Shown: positions 41,207 to 51,568, counted from the first letter of the stretch. The stretch: DNA of 64,000 nucleotides from Candidatus Poribacteria bacterium (GCA_965215015.1 OZ244042.1:3520001-3584000), one strand, 5' to 3'. Translations and numbers: made by a program. Notes: generated by a model from the letters alone, not told the origin.

Positions 41207-41474
41207 TGCCGTTTTCCTATGATTGGAGATTGAAGAATATTTCTACTGATACGAAATCTGCATCCAAAAATTACAAAGGTACCTTTAGGTAGGGACGACT
41301 AAAATCGTTCTTCTTTTGTAATTTGTGGCATCATAACTGAAGGTTTGTGTGGGGCTTGCCACCCTCTGCTACAATACAGGCTAGGAAGACAAGTTGAATA
41401 GGACTATAGTCTATCAAAAAATTAGAATGAGATCAAGCCTTTTTTAATTTTTTAGGGGCATTTAATTCTCCCTA

Positions 41475-41582
41475 TTATCTGAATCACGGATTAAACGGAG
41501 GACGCGGATTATTGCCCCGATGCGAAGATCCGGATTCAAAGCAATCTGAATCAGGATTGGCAGGATTTCAGGATGCACAGCA
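41475..41582. repeat. TCTGAATCA(C/G)GATT-type intergenic repeats and CCCGAT..ATCCGGATTCAAAGCAA palindrome
   Basis: Matches about 1811-1850 and, inverted, the AATCCTGATTCAGACAAT motif in the radC repeat units. Confidence 0.55.
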
Positions 41583-41808
41583 TAACCCCTCAACCCAAGA
41601 ACGGAGTCATTAGGCAATTCTTGGTGTCTTGGTCTCCGCTTTGTTCGCATCAACCGTGCAATATATTAGGAGCTAAGGGTTGAGTTGCCAGAATTGACCG
41701 GACACGAATCCCCGATAAGGTTGGGAAGTATTCACGGGGACACCCATCAAAACCTACTTATGTGCACCCCTGAACTAAATAGCCCTATTCGATTTTTAAC
41801 AATATCTT

Positions 41809-42705
41809 TTAGAGATACCCCATATCCTTCAATTTGCGTTCATCGCGTCGCCAGTCTGCCTTGACAGACACACGTAAATCTAGAAATACAGCTGTCTCCA
41901 AGAACTGCTCGATCTCTGCGCGGGCGAGCTGACCAATCCTTTTGATGGTTTTACCACCTTTCCCAACTAGAATACCTTTTTGTGATTGTCGCTCGACGTA
42001 AAGCATCGCACTGATGTAGATTTTTCCGTTTGGACGTTCTTTGAACTCTTCAACCACGACGCTGGAGGCGTAGGGAATTTCCTGGTTGGTTCTGAGGAAA
42101 ATCTTCTCCCGTATCGTTTCCGAGACAAAGAAACGTTCTGGCAGGTCACTGAGTTGGTCGGGAGGGAAGTAGGGGGGACCTTCGGGGAGGTATTTGACGA
42201 TGGATTCGTGAAGTTGGGACACTCCGTCGCCCGTTTTTGCAGACATTGGAATGATTTCGACGAAAGGAAACTTTTCCTGATAGCTGGCGATAATTGGCAG
42301 GAGTCCTGGGTTGGGTATCAGATCAATTTTGTTAATTACAAGTATGACCTGTTGTGCTGCTTTTTTTAGTTCGTTAAGAATTGTTTCCTCAATGCCGGAG
42401 TTTAGCCGACTTACATCGATCATGTAAAGCACAAGGTCTGCGTCTGTGATCGCGCTATATGCGGCTTTAACCATCTGGTTGTGCAAGCGATATTTAGGGG
42501 TAAGCACACCGGGCGTGTCTAGGAAGATAATTTGACACGAATCAACTGTGAGAATCCCTGTGATCCGGTTGCGCGTTGTCTGCGGCTTGGGTGTGACAAT
42601 TGCGAGTTTCTCCCCCATCATCGCATTCAGCAACGTTGATTTACCGACGTTTGGCTCACCGATGATGCTAACATAGCCGGATTTGAATGGATTTTGTTCT
42701 TGCAT
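41809..42705 (-). CDS. era: GTPase Era
   Basis: GEPNVGKST, PQTTR, DTPG, NKID, REKIF...EIPY, KH domain QKGILVGKGG. Confidence 0.96.
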   Translation of the reverse strand: MQEQNPFKSGYVSIIGEPNVGKSTLLNAMMGEKLAIVTPKPQTTRNRITGILTVDSCQIIFLDTPGVLTPKYRLHNQMVKAAYSAITDADLVLYMIDVSRLNSGIEETILNELKKAAQQVILVINKIDLIPNPGLLPIIASYQEKFPFVEIIPMSAKTGDGVSQLHESIVKYLPEGPPYFPPDQLSDLPERFFVSETIREKIFLRTNQEIPYASSVVVEEFKERPNGKIYISAMLYVERQSQKGILVGKGGKTIKRIGQLARAEIEQFLETAVFLDLRVSVKADWRRDERKLKDMGYL

Positions 42706-43071
42706 TTGAGGATTCCGTACTTACTTGGACGAAGAAGTTTGATTTAATCACATTAGCACTTACGCGGTTAAATGTTCAAAACCCTGTAGTTTGGAGATTT
42801 ATCGCCGCAGCAACAATTTCCAACGCCTCCCGCACTGCATCTTCCACAGTTGCTTTTGCATATCTGCTCTTATTTTCAATGAATCGCAGAAGAAAACCTA
42901 GCATGGTACAATCTTTTTTCAAATCCCTATCTCTTGAAATTTCGCCACAAGGGAGGATATGCCTGCTTTGTGACTTTTATCACTCACTACGCATTTATTA
43001 AGCATTTGTTTTTAGTATTCAGCTTGTTCGTTATTTGCCAAGGTTCAGGGATTCTATAATAATTGGTCAAG

Positions 43072-43614
43072 TCAATCCGCCCGTAACTCTCTCACGGTGT
43101 TCCCCGCCTTATCACGGACAAACACACCATTGGGAAGTACGCCCCCAGCTTGCAGTGTCAGGACGATATTGCTCTTTTGATCATAGACATTTACACTATT
43201 CCCCGTAAGAGCGTACGTGTTTAAAATAATCCCCACATTATCCCTTTGCCAAATCTGCACAGTATTACCCAAATCGTCTGAGCTTAAGGTGACTCCATTC
43301 TTGCCTGCCTGATTATATACCACAACACCATGAAAAGCAGGATATTTATCATGAGCGCGATGCGCCGCTAAGCTCACCGCCGGGCTGCCCGCCTTATTGA
43401 TTAGCGTTATACGATTGCCCTCTTCACGCGATTCTAAGTAAATCGCAAGTTTGCCATGCTTATCAACCACCGTTAGCCCGGTGCACTGAATTTCACCGAA
43501 CACCCCAGCCCTTTGTGCAATCAACGGTGGCGAAACGATAGATCCCGCTCCAATCCCGACCAACATAATCAACGCGCCCAGTGCCGTATAGCCTAACTTC
43601 TGCTTGTGATTCAT
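43072..43614 (-). CDS. Hypothetical exported/membrane-anchored beta-rich protein
   Basis: MNHKQKLGYTALGALIMLVGIG hydrophobic N-terminus; repeated V.DK.G units; GGAG upstream. Confidence 0.7.
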   Translation of the reverse strand: MNHKQKLGYTALGALIMLVGIGAGSIVSPPLIAQRAGVFGEIQCTGLTVVDKHGKLAIYLESREEGNRITLINKAGSPAVSLAAHRAHDKYPAFHGVVVYNQAGKNGVTLSSDDLGNTVQIWQRDNVGIILNTYALTGNSVNVYDQKSNIVLTLQAGGVLPNGVFVRDKAGNTVRELRAD

Positions 43615-43703
43615 GACCTTCTCCCGTTGCCCCCAAGTGAACGCCGACACGCCGGGGGCAAGGCGTGGACAGCGTTAATGTCTGCACCCAGTAGATTTGC
43701 CTC

Positions 43704-44045
43704 TCATGATTGGTGGTGGGATAGGTGGTCGATGTGGTTCTGGTTAAGCTTGCTCAGTTCAGACCTCACATCACCGATTTCAGACCTCACATCACCGATT
43801 TCAGACCTCACATCACCGATTTCATTCCGAAGTTCGTCTCGGAATTCGATTCGTATCTCTGAGATCTGTTTGGCTATCTCCAATCTCATGGATTCGATTC
43901 GGTTGTCGGTCTTGTCCTGTCGTTTCTCCAGTTGCCGAGTCCGATAGAACAGTACCGCGACCTGTCCGATGAACCCGACCATCGTAACAACCACCATAAC
44001 AACTACCAAAATCGTGTGGCTTGGCGACCATGCAGAAAAATCCAT
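43704..44045 (-). CDS. Hypothetical single-TM coiled-coil protein with EIGDVRS heptad repeats
   Basis: N-terminal TM; three 21-bp repeats; GGAG RBS. Confidence 0.7.
   Translation of the reverse strand: MDFSAWSPSHTILVVVMVVVTMVGFIGQVAVLFYRTRQLEKRQDKTDNRIESMRLEIAKQISEIRIEFRDELRNEIGDVRSEIGDVRSEIGDVRSELSKLNQNHIDHLSHHQS
43758..43824. repeat. 21-bp perfect tandem repeat x3 (TTCAGACCTCACATCACCGAT)
   Basis: Seen directly; in frame within 43704-44045. Confidence 0.95.
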
Positions 44046-44634
44046 TTATATCTTTCTCCCTTCTGGAATAATAAAGGAACAGCTCTAAAATGACATGGCT
44101 TTTTCCTTTCATTTACTTAGAACCTTGCTAAGAAGATTGCCAATGATAGTACTAATAATAATACACGTAGTTACAACGCCAATACTAAAAAAAACGCAGC
44201 TAAGAAATCTAACATCTTATCACGCTCCTATTATTTATTCCACGGCTTGAACCCTTTCAGATTTCCCCCAGGTGGTGAAAATGTTCAGTAATCTCTTAAA
44301 GTCCACTTTGTTTGACTGATAAAAAAAGCCTGATGCCTGCACCGAAGGAGATTAATCTTCTATTACAGGTACCAAGCTTCCACGGGGAAAACATTCCTAA
44401 TATTAGGAGCACTCATCACAGAGAAAAGACATTTGGGGAATGTTTGACAGTCCCCCTAATCTTTTATCTATCGACTATTTTCGCACAGTTTCGGTCTTTG
44501 GCCAAGCACACAATGATTACACCATTTCCTGAACTCGCGACAGCAAAATATTAACAAACTCTAAGTTTATCAAGTAAATTGATGGATTTTTTAGGGATAC
44601 TGCGATTTTCTTTCTTCTGCTATGAATCCCTGCT

Positions 44635-46095
44635 TCACTCTCGCCTTAACCGGATGCGCTTCTGCCTTGAAACTGGGCGGGGCTGCTGACTTAACCGATT
44701 CAACAGTGCCTCAACTTCTACGTCGTAGGTCTCGAAGGGGTCTTTCATCTCAAAGGGTTCTTCGTGCGAAAAATAGATCTGATTCCAATCAATGATACAC
44801 GGCAGGCGATTGTGGGATAGATAACGCATTATGTGGGACCGTGCTTTTGCTCTGGTATTTTCGGGGGCATTCCGAATCGCTGCATCAATCTGTTCGTCCG
44901 TCGTAACTCGTCTCACATGTCCTTCACGCTCAAGTGCGTAATACAGCCCCTTTTCTCGGTTGAGATGGTGGTACTCAAGGTCAAGACTCTCAATCCATGC
45001 GTCGGTCCAATCCAAGCCCTCCTCCTCCATAAAAGCTTCGAGCAGCCATTTCTTCGTTACCCAATCGATGCGATCGATTAAACGCTCCGGATCCGTTTCC
45101 AAGTCGTCCAAAACCGACTCCCACTCGGTCAATACCCAATCCGTATCTGCGTCTCTACCTTTCAGGACATTCTGCGCAAGGTTGAGATATTCGCGTTGTA
45201 GGTCTATCGCTGAGATGGTGCCGCCGGATTCCAGTTCGACAATCCACTGGAAGGTCTGATCACGTGAAACCTCTTTGATAGCGTGCACTGGATTGACTAA
45301 GCTTAAATCGGGGGGGCGATGCCCTGCCTCAAGAAGGTCTAGTATCAGAGAGGTGGTTCCAACCTTCAAAGCCGCTGCAAATTCGGACATATTTGAATCG
45401 CCGACGAGCAGATGGAGGCGTCGATATTTGGTATAATCGCCGAGGGGTTCATCCCGTGTGTTGATAATTGCGCGACTGAACTGTATCCACTCGTAAGTCT
45501 CCGTGACGATGTGATCGGCACGTTGGGAGATTTGGAAGCCGACGAAATCGTCGCGCCGGTGGTGGGTATCTCCGAATTCGAGGATCTCTTCATGCCCGCC
45601 AACGCGACCAGTGCCTGCGTAAATCTGCCGCGTGACAAAGAACGGCAGCAGCGTGGGAATGACGACCTTGTAGAAGGGGATGTCCCGCCGGAGTTGATAG
45701 TTTTCGTGACAGCCGAAAGTTGCGCCTGTGAAATGATCAATGTTGTTTTTGAAGAAGGAGATATCGTCTTTCAACCCAACATCGTCGAGTATGGTGATAA
45801 TCAACTGCTCGATGGCTCTGTCGTAAGCGATTAGATCGAAAAGGTTGACACACTCTGGCGTTGCATACTCAAGATGCCCCATATCGATATAGAGCCGTCC
45901 TCCGTTGAACAGAAAACCACCATTGCCGGGCGGTTCTCCCCAATCGCGGTAGTGCATGTCCGACATCCCAAGTTTCAACTCATGAAAAATATAATCCCTC
46001 ACGAGTGCGGCGGTTCCCTCCGAAGACCCTAAAGCTCCATCGGAGTCTGCCATACATCCAAATTCAGTTTCGATACCAAAAATCCGTCTGCTCAC
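44635..46095 (-). CDS. pafA: Pup/UBact-protein ligase (PafA family)
   Basis: IFGIETEFG, FLFNGGRLYID, EYATPE, GCHENY, SQRADH, IINTRDEP, YRRLH...GDSN. Confidence 0.92.
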   Translation of the reverse strand: MSRRIFGIETEFGCMADSDGALGSSEGTAALVRDYIFHELKLGMSDMHYRDWGEPPGNGGFLFNGGRLYIDMGHLEYATPECVNLFDLIAYDRAIEQLIITILDDVGLKDDISFFKNNIDHFTGATFGCHENYQLRRDIPFYKVVIPTLLPFFVTRQIYAGTGRVGGHEEILEFGDTHHRRDDFVGFQISQRADHIVTETYEWIQFSRAIINTRDEPLGDYTKYRRLHLLVGDSNMSEFAAALKVGTTSLILDLLEAGHRPPDLSLVNPVHAIKEVSRDQTFQWIVELESGGTISAIDLQREYLNLAQNVLKGRDADTDWVLTEWESVLDDLETDPERLIDRIDWVTKKWLLEAFMEEEGLDWTDAWIESLDLEYHHLNREKGLYYALEREGHVRRVTTDEQIDAAIRNAPENTRAKARSHIMRYLSHNRLPCIIDWNQIYFSHEEPFEMKDPFETYDVEVEALLNRLSQQPRPVSRQKRIRLRRE

Positions 46096-46135
46096 TGTTT
46101 TGCCTCAGGGACAAACCTCGGTTTTTTCATTAGTA

Positions 46136-46930
46136 TCAAACCCAGTCTGCAATTGCTGCATCAATTTCGTCCGAAGTCAAAAGACGAAACTTATTATTGC
46201 TCCGACGTGAAGTCTCCAATACTGCCCCTTCAATCTCTCCTGCCTTCAATTCATCTCGGAGGGTTTCGTGTAATCGTTCTTTGTCTATCGTTGATTCTGA
46301 CCTCTCGTTTGCGTTCTCCTCTGAATCGTCCTCTGCTTGTTGCCCCCCCAGCTCCCAACCAACCACCCAGGTTTCTAGTGCTAACTGTAAGGCGGCGGTG
46401 AGCGAAAATTCGGAGGCATTCGCGGTGGATAGGTAATTCTGCATCGCCGTTTCGGCTTCGTGGGTTCCCCCGATAACCTCCCTGTGTTGATTCGCTTGCA
46501 CGGTGCCATCGTAGTTCAGGGAGATAAACCCCTCTGCCGCACCGCGTACACCAAGTTCTGCCAACAGCATTTTGATGATATAGGCAGAGCCAAAGATAGC
46601 TTCAAAGGATTGTTTGATGGTTGGTCCAAGCACAAAGTTTGTCAGACGATGGAGGGTTACATCATCAACTGAACTCTGAAAGCCCTGCACGGATGCGGTG
46701 TCAGTTGCCATCATACGCAGCCGTTCAATGTCGGCACTATGCCCGATAGCTGAGAGGGCAATCCGATCGTGCACTTCAAAGATTTTACGCTGCCCGCGTC
46801 CAATGGTCACAAGCAAAAGTCCATCATCATATTTCAGTCCGACGACGGGGCTCCCACCGCGAAGTTGATCTTCGATATAGTCGCGCCGATTATTAACAGC
46901 TTCGAGCCACCGATAAGGTTCATCTAGCAT
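46136..46930 (-). CDS. prcA: 20S proteasome subunit alpha
   Basis: EPY...RRDY...GSPVVGL, KIFEVHDRIA; operon context. Confidence 0.9.
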   Translation of the reverse strand: MLDEPYRWLEAVNNRRDYIEDQLRGGSPVVGLKYDDGLLLVTIGRGQRKIFEVHDRIALSAIGHSADIERLRMMATDTASVQGFQSSVDDVTLHRLTNFVLGPTIKQSFEAIFGSAYIIKMLLAELGVRGAAEGFISLNYDGTVQANQHREVIGGTHEAETAMQNYLSTANASEFSLTAALQLALETWVVGWELGGQQAEDDSEENANERSESTIDKERLHETLRDELKAGEIEGAVLETSRRSNNKFRLLTSDEIDAAIADWV

Positions 46931-47729
46931 AAGTTGTCTCTACAGATTCAGCGTAAATCTCTCGGAGTCTTTCGACAGAGAGATCTTGAATTCCGTCTTT
47001 CCTAATCGTTTTTACGGTTGGATAAATATTTGATTTTGGGTTATAGCCGCTTGTTGCCGAATCGTATTCTGAAGCTGCATCGAGTAGGCGTAAAACGGTA
47101 ACAGTTGCCTCCTGCTCATCCATGGCGGCAAGTGGTGTATCGCCCCAACGGTTCTGATAGAACAAGACCCCACGAATCCACACAGAGCCGGATCCGGATG
47201 TCGCAAAATCGGCGCTCTCAAAATGTGCGCCGAGCGCATCATAAAAGAAGATTTTGCCACCGTTTTCGTCGTCACTCTGCAGATCGTAGAGGGCATAAAT
47301 TGGTATCACACCTCCGATGCCCTGCAGCGTCATGGGCAAGTTTTCGCGGATCAGGCGGGCGAGGGTGCGCAGTTTGCCTTCAAGGCTTAATTCTTGAAGT
47401 TGGCTTCGGCGAAAATATTGGAACGAATGTTCGAGGACTCGCGCCATTTCATAAGCCATCGCAGGAGAGCCCGCAATAGCAAGGACGGAGAGATCGTCAA
47501 TCTGCAGTAGTTTTTCCGCGCGATCGTACATGACAACATTGCCCGCCGTTGCCCGCCGGTCCCCGCCGATGAGGACACCATCCTTGTAGCGCACAGCAAG
47601 GACGGTGGTTCCTTCTGTTTCTTCAATGGGAGGGGAAGTCCCCCGGGCAGGAGTTGCGGGCAGATCCAGTTGAATCTGGCAATTGTGTGCCTGCAAGAGG
47701 TCGAGGAAGTCCCCCTGGTAATTTGTCAT
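46920..47729 (-). CDS. prcB: 20S proteasome subunit beta (propeptide + Ntn Thr)
   Basis: EG/TTVLA cleavage site, GDRRATAG, LSLEGK, GSGS, DSATSG. Confidence 0.93.
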   Translation of the reverse strand: MTNYQGDFLDLLQAHNCQIQLDLPATPARGTSPPIEETEGTTVLAVRYKDGVLIGGDRRATAGNVVMYDRAEKLLQIDDLSVLAIAGSPAMAYEMARVLEHSFQYFRRSQLQELSLEGKLRTLARLIRENLPMTLQGIGGVIPIYALYDLQSDDENGGKIFFYDALGAHFESADFATSGSGSVWIRGVLFYQNRWGDTPLAAMDEQEATVTVLRLLDAASEYDSATSGYNPKSNIYPTVKTIRKDGIQDLSVERLREIYAESVETTYAR

Positions 47730-47732
47730 GAG

Positions 47733-47930
47733 CTATTCACCTGTTCGTTGGCGATAACGCCTAGATTGGTCTTTATCGACGCGCCGCATCCGCCTAACCA
47801 GATTTCTCGTATCCGGTCTCGTAACATCTGGACGTTTGGGCCCATCATCGTCCCCACCGTCGCCCGGTCCCACCGGTTTCACTGGTCGTTGAATCCGGTC
47901 GCGTAGATAAATCAAATGCTGTGCTGTCAT
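47733..47930 (-). CDS. ubact: Ubiquitin-like protein UBact (65 aa)
   Basis: GPGDGGDDDGP...RMRRVD...YRQRTGE C-terminus; GGAGG before ATG 47930; lies between dop and prcB. Confidence 0.9.
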   Translation of the reverse strand: MTAQHLIYLRDRIQRPVKPVGPGDGGDDDGPKRPDVTRPDTRNLVRRMRRVDKDQSRRYRQRTGE

Positions 47931-48015
47931 GGTAATGACCTCCTGTAAGGGAATAGATTGAGGGGTTGACTCAGTCAACAAGTTGACATCCATTTACCCC
48001 AGATTGAATCGTGCT

Positions 48016-49536
48016 TTACTTACTCAGTTCTAAACTTTTAACTAACGCCTCAACTGTCTGCGCCTGATCGAGGATACGATTGTACTTTTCTGCCATCGCT
48101 GCATCTGCGAGTTGGTTCATGCTCACTGAAATCGGGCTTTTGCCCTTTATCTTAAATGTGACGTTATCCCACTGGATTGATTTGACTTGCGGACGGAATT
48201 TTTCCAAAGATTTGCCTCGGAAATATGCACGGGTATCGGGGGGGGGATTGTGGATGGCATTTTCAATCTGCCGATCGGTGACAAGACGCCTCACTAATCC
48301 ACCCGCTTCAAGTTCATAGTACAATCCCGCCTCTTGATCGATGCTGTGATATTCAAGGTCAAGACTCTGTAACCAGGGGTTATCCCATGTGAGTCTTTCC
48401 TCATCAATGAACGCTTCCAGCAGCCATTTTTTGGCGACCCAATCCAATCGATCTGTGAGATCCATCGGGTCTTTTTCGAGCGCGTTGAGAGTCGATTCCC
48501 ATTCGACGAGGACCCAGTCGGTGTCGTCACCTGCTTCATTGAGGTGCTTTTGGGCTAGCGCGAGATATTCTCGCTGCAAATCGATTGCGGAAATGCTCTT
48601 GCCATTAGCTAATTTAAATTGCCATTGGTAGGTCTGATCGCGGGAGATTTCTTTAATTGTGTGGATCGGGTCTTGCAAGGCGAACCAATTGGGGACGCGT
48701 TGCTGCTCAATGAGATCGATGACGAGTGCGGTTGTGCCAATCTTGAGTGCCGTCGCGTACTCTGACATATTGGCGTCACCGACGATGCCGTGTAGCCGAC
48801 GATATTTTGCCGGATCCGCGTGGGGTTCATCGCGTGTATTCACAATTGGACGGTTGTGCATGGTATCAACGCTGACTTCGACATGGAAAAAATCGGACCG
48901 TTGTGCAATCTGAAAGAAAGCGGCGGAGGTCAGTCCTGACTCGGTTTCGATTCCAACCTTTCCTGCTCCAGCAAAAATCTGTCGCGTCACAAAAAATGGC
49001 ATGATACTTGCCTTGAGGGCGTCAAAGGGAATATCCCGCGACATCAGGTAGTTGTCGTGGCAACCATAACTATGTCCGTGAAAGTCGGTGTTGTTTTTGT
49101 ATAACAGGACGCGTTTGCCCAATTTCTCACTTCGCCTGACCGCGCACTGCTGAAGTATCCGCTCCCCTGCTTTATCGTGAGCGACCAGTTGAAAAAGGCT
49201 GCAACATTCTGGGGTGGAGTATTCGGGATGGGCATGATCGTTGTATAGACGGGCCCCATTGGTCAGAATTAGATCGCTTTTGATCTCGACAAAGGACAGA
49301 TTTCGCTGCCGGTCAGCTTCCTGATGTTCCCGCTCGTCGGGGTGTTCCTGTAAGGTCTTTGCACGGAAGCCCCGCTCGTCTTGAAACGGGTCCTCACCAC
49401 TATAGTCCCACATCGGTCGAAAATCATCCTGTCGGTAACTCTTAATTAACTCGACAGATTGGCTGACAGGATCGACGTTCTCCTCTGACTCGAGCGTAAT
49501 TCCATATTCAGTTTCGATTCCAAAAAGTCTTTGCAT
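48016..49536 (-). CDS. dop: Depupylase/deamidase Dop family
   Basis: GIETEYG, LTNGARLYNDHAHPEYSTPE, KNNTD..GHSYGCHDNY, TMHNRPIVNTRDEPH, DTRAYFRG. Confidence 0.92.
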   Translation of the reverse strand: MQRLFGIETEYGITLESEENVDPVSQSVELIKSYRQDDFRPMWDYSGEDPFQDERGFRAKTLQEHPDEREHQEADRQRNLSFVEIKSDLILTNGARLYNDHAHPEYSTPECCSLFQLVAHDKAGERILQQCAVRRSEKLGKRVLLYKNNTDFHGHSYGCHDNYLMSRDIPFDALKASIMPFFVTRQIFAGAGKVGIETESGLTSAAFFQIAQRSDFFHVEVSVDTMHNRPIVNTRDEPHADPAKYRRLHGIVGDANMSEYATALKIGTTALVIDLIEQQRVPNWFALQDPIHTIKEISRDQTYQWQFKLANGKSISAIDLQREYLALAQKHLNEAGDDTDWVLVEWESTLNALEKDPMDLTDRLDWVAKKWLLEAFIDEERLTWDNPWLQSLDLEYHSIDQEAGLYYELEAGGLVRRLVTDRQIENAIHNPPPDTRAYFRGKSLEKFRPQVKSIQWDNVTFKIKGKSPISVSMNQLADAAMAEKYNRILDQAQTVEALVKSLELSK

Positions 49537-49548
49537 AAACGCTTTATC

Positions 49549-51303
49549 CTAAATCACACTACTCGCAGTCTTTCGACGAGTTGATTTTTCCGGACGGATT
49601 GGTGTCACTTTGACGACGTTTTCCGGGTCGTAATCGAGGAGTTTGAGCCAATCCTCGACACTGTCTGTTGGGGGGAAAATATCGTTCTCGCGATATTCCG
49701 CCAATGCACCTTCCAACAGGTCTTCAAGCCGAATCCCCACCTCGTCTTTGGTGCCTTCTATCGCACGTTTGATTGCGGACTCTTTGGCGCGTTGAACAAT
49801 GGAATCAACGATAGCACCACTGCATAGATCGCCACGATACATAATATCACGACGCCCGCTTCGCAGGGCAACCTCTAAAAACTTGTTGCTTTCATCTCGT
49901 TGGAACAGTTCGTTGCAGACTTGGTCGATAAGATGGCAAACCGCTGCCTCTGCATCGCCGTTGTGGGCCTCAAGGATTTCTGGATGGAGCGGTAAATCTG
50001 GTGTGAGGTAAATGCGGAAGATTGCCTTTGAAGCCTCTCTGTCAGGACGGGTGACTTTAATCTTCCGATCAATTCTTCCGGGACGTAAAATCGCCGGATC
50101 GATGAGGTCAGGACGGTTTGTTGCAAGGATGATTACGACATCTTGCAGGGACTCAATCCCATCCATTTCGGCGCAGAACATTGGGACGACGGTATTAGAA
50201 ATATTATGGGATCGGAATGAACGGCGCGTGCCTAAAATTGATTCCGCTTCATCGATAAATACAAAGGGCAGATAACCTTCTTTACTCTTCTGACTCGCTA
50301 TCTGGAAAATTTCGCGAACTTTACGTTCCGACTCGCCAAGCCACATATTCAAGATTTCGGGTCCCTTGATGTGCAGGAAACACCCTTCTACCTCAACCCC
50401 TTCCTCTTCGGTCAATCGTTGCGTCAGGTTATGCGCTGTTGCCTTCCCGATGAGTGTTTTCCCACACCCCGGCGGCCCGTGCAAGAGAAAGCCTTTCGGG
50501 GGCGCATATTGAAACTTATCGAAGAGTTCCGGGTGCAAAATCGGCAGTTCGATGGTATCTTTGATGAGTTGGATGGTCTCATCCAGGCCGCCCACCTTCG
50601 ACCAAGGAAGGTCTGGCACCGCTTCGAGATAGTAATCCTGTGCTTCCTGTGCTTCTAATCGCTCCAATGCTACTTTGGAGTTCGGGTCCATGCGAATTTC
50701 GTCGCCGCCCTTAAGTTTCGCATTAGCTAAATCGGTCGAGCGCTGTAGAATAATTGATTGCAATCCGGCAGGTTCGCCTCCGACGCGCAGCCGCCCGTCG
50801 GGCATCAAATCGACAATTTTTGCAATCGATCCAGAGGTATTATATCCCAATTCACCGACGATGACATAAGCATCATTCAGGAGCACACTAAAACCGATCT
50901 TGAGTGCTGCGGCATCTAGTTGTGGGTCAATATTCGCATAGTATTCGGACCCGCCAATGATTATATGGGCGACCTCTTTTTTCGGCATTCCTAGTAGCGT
51001 TCCGATTCGATTCGCAGGAGAAGTCAACTTTTCGATTGTCTCCTGCATTTCGACGATGGCTTCCCTTGCCTCCTGGAAGGTCATTTCATCTTCCACAATC
51101 GCCCGCCGAAGTTGAAACAGTAGTGGCCGCCGCCGATCGTTCTCGTGGGTCGCATAAATGAGTCGATCCACTAACATCAGGGAACGCGGGGTGCCTACCT
51201 GATCATCCTCCTCCTCAATTTCGTCTTCGATGTCGTCGTCAAATAGTCGGAGATTGTCTTCTGGTATCGTCTCAGGTCGCTTTCTATCGTTCTGATTACG
51301 CAT
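49549..51303 (-). CDS. arc: Proteasome AAA ATPase (ARC/Mpa family)
   Basis: Coiled coil + OB region, GPPGCGKT, IKGPEILNMWLGESE, FIDEAE, NRPDLIDPAILRPGR; AGGAG RBS. Confidence 0.93.
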   Translation of the reverse strand: MRNQNDRKRPETIPEDNLRLFDDDIEDEIEEEDDQVGTPRSLMLVDRLIYATHENDRRRPLLFQLRRAIVEDEMTFQEAREAIVEMQETIEKLTSPANRIGTLLGMPKKEVAHIIIGGSEYYANIDPQLDAAALKIGFSVLLNDAYVIVGELGYNTSGSIAKIVDLMPDGRLRVGGEPAGLQSIILQRSTDLANAKLKGGDEIRMDPNSKVALERLEAQEAQDYYLEAVPDLPWSKVGGLDETIQLIKDTIELPILHPELFDKFQYAPPKGFLLHGPPGCGKTLIGKATAHNLTQRLTEEEGVEVEGCFLHIKGPEILNMWLGESERKVREIFQIASQKSKEGYLPFVFIDEAESILGTRRSFRSHNISNTVVPMFCAEMDGIESLQDVVIILATNRPDLIDPAILRPGRIDRKIKVTRPDREASKAIFRIYLTPDLPLHPEILEAHNGDAEAAVCHLIDQVCNELFQRDESNKFLEVALRSGRRDIMYRGDLCSGAIVDSIVQRAKESAIKRAIEGTKDEVGIRLEDLLEGALAEYRENDIFPPTDSVEDWLKLLDYDPENVVKVTPIRPEKSTRRKTASSVI

Positions 51304-51413
51304 TGAACCCCTCCTCAAACAGGCTAGTCAGTCGTATTGGATGGCATTTCGTATTAATTTCTTTTGCTGTAGGGGAAACGCGAGGAAGTTTCCCTAAAGA
51401 ACGTCCACAGTAA

Positions 51414-51568
51414 TATAGCCCAAGTTGCTAGTAGTAGGCATACTCCACATGCCGTAACCTTCCTCCTGATAGATCGGGATTCAAAGCAACATCCCTTCCA
51501 TAGCAATCCTTCTAGTACTTGTCGAGTATAGAAACTCGACTTACGAGCTATCTAGCAACTTGTGTTAA
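51414..51568. mobile_element. MITE-like element, family B, with both terminal IRs
   Basis: TAGCCCAAGTTGCTAG ... CTAGCAACTTGTGTTA; internal CCTGATAGATCGGGATTCAAAGCAA; followed by AATATAGAGCATTC x2 (51567-51594). Confidence 0.6.

Noticed and set aside
39965-41800. oriC next to the dnaA-like gene
   Set aside because: No DnaA-box cluster seen and no dnaN/recF/gyrB context
42687-43001. 104-aa plus-strand ORF upstream of era
   Set aside because: Overlaps the era start antisense, no motifs, likely spurious
43758-43824. Possible CRISPR array or iterons
   Set aside because: Spacerless 21-bp repeats encoding heptads within an ORF
47733-47993. Actinobacterial Pup, and the longer 86-aa start
   Set aside because: C-terminus RTGE fits UBact; GGAGG supports ATG 47930
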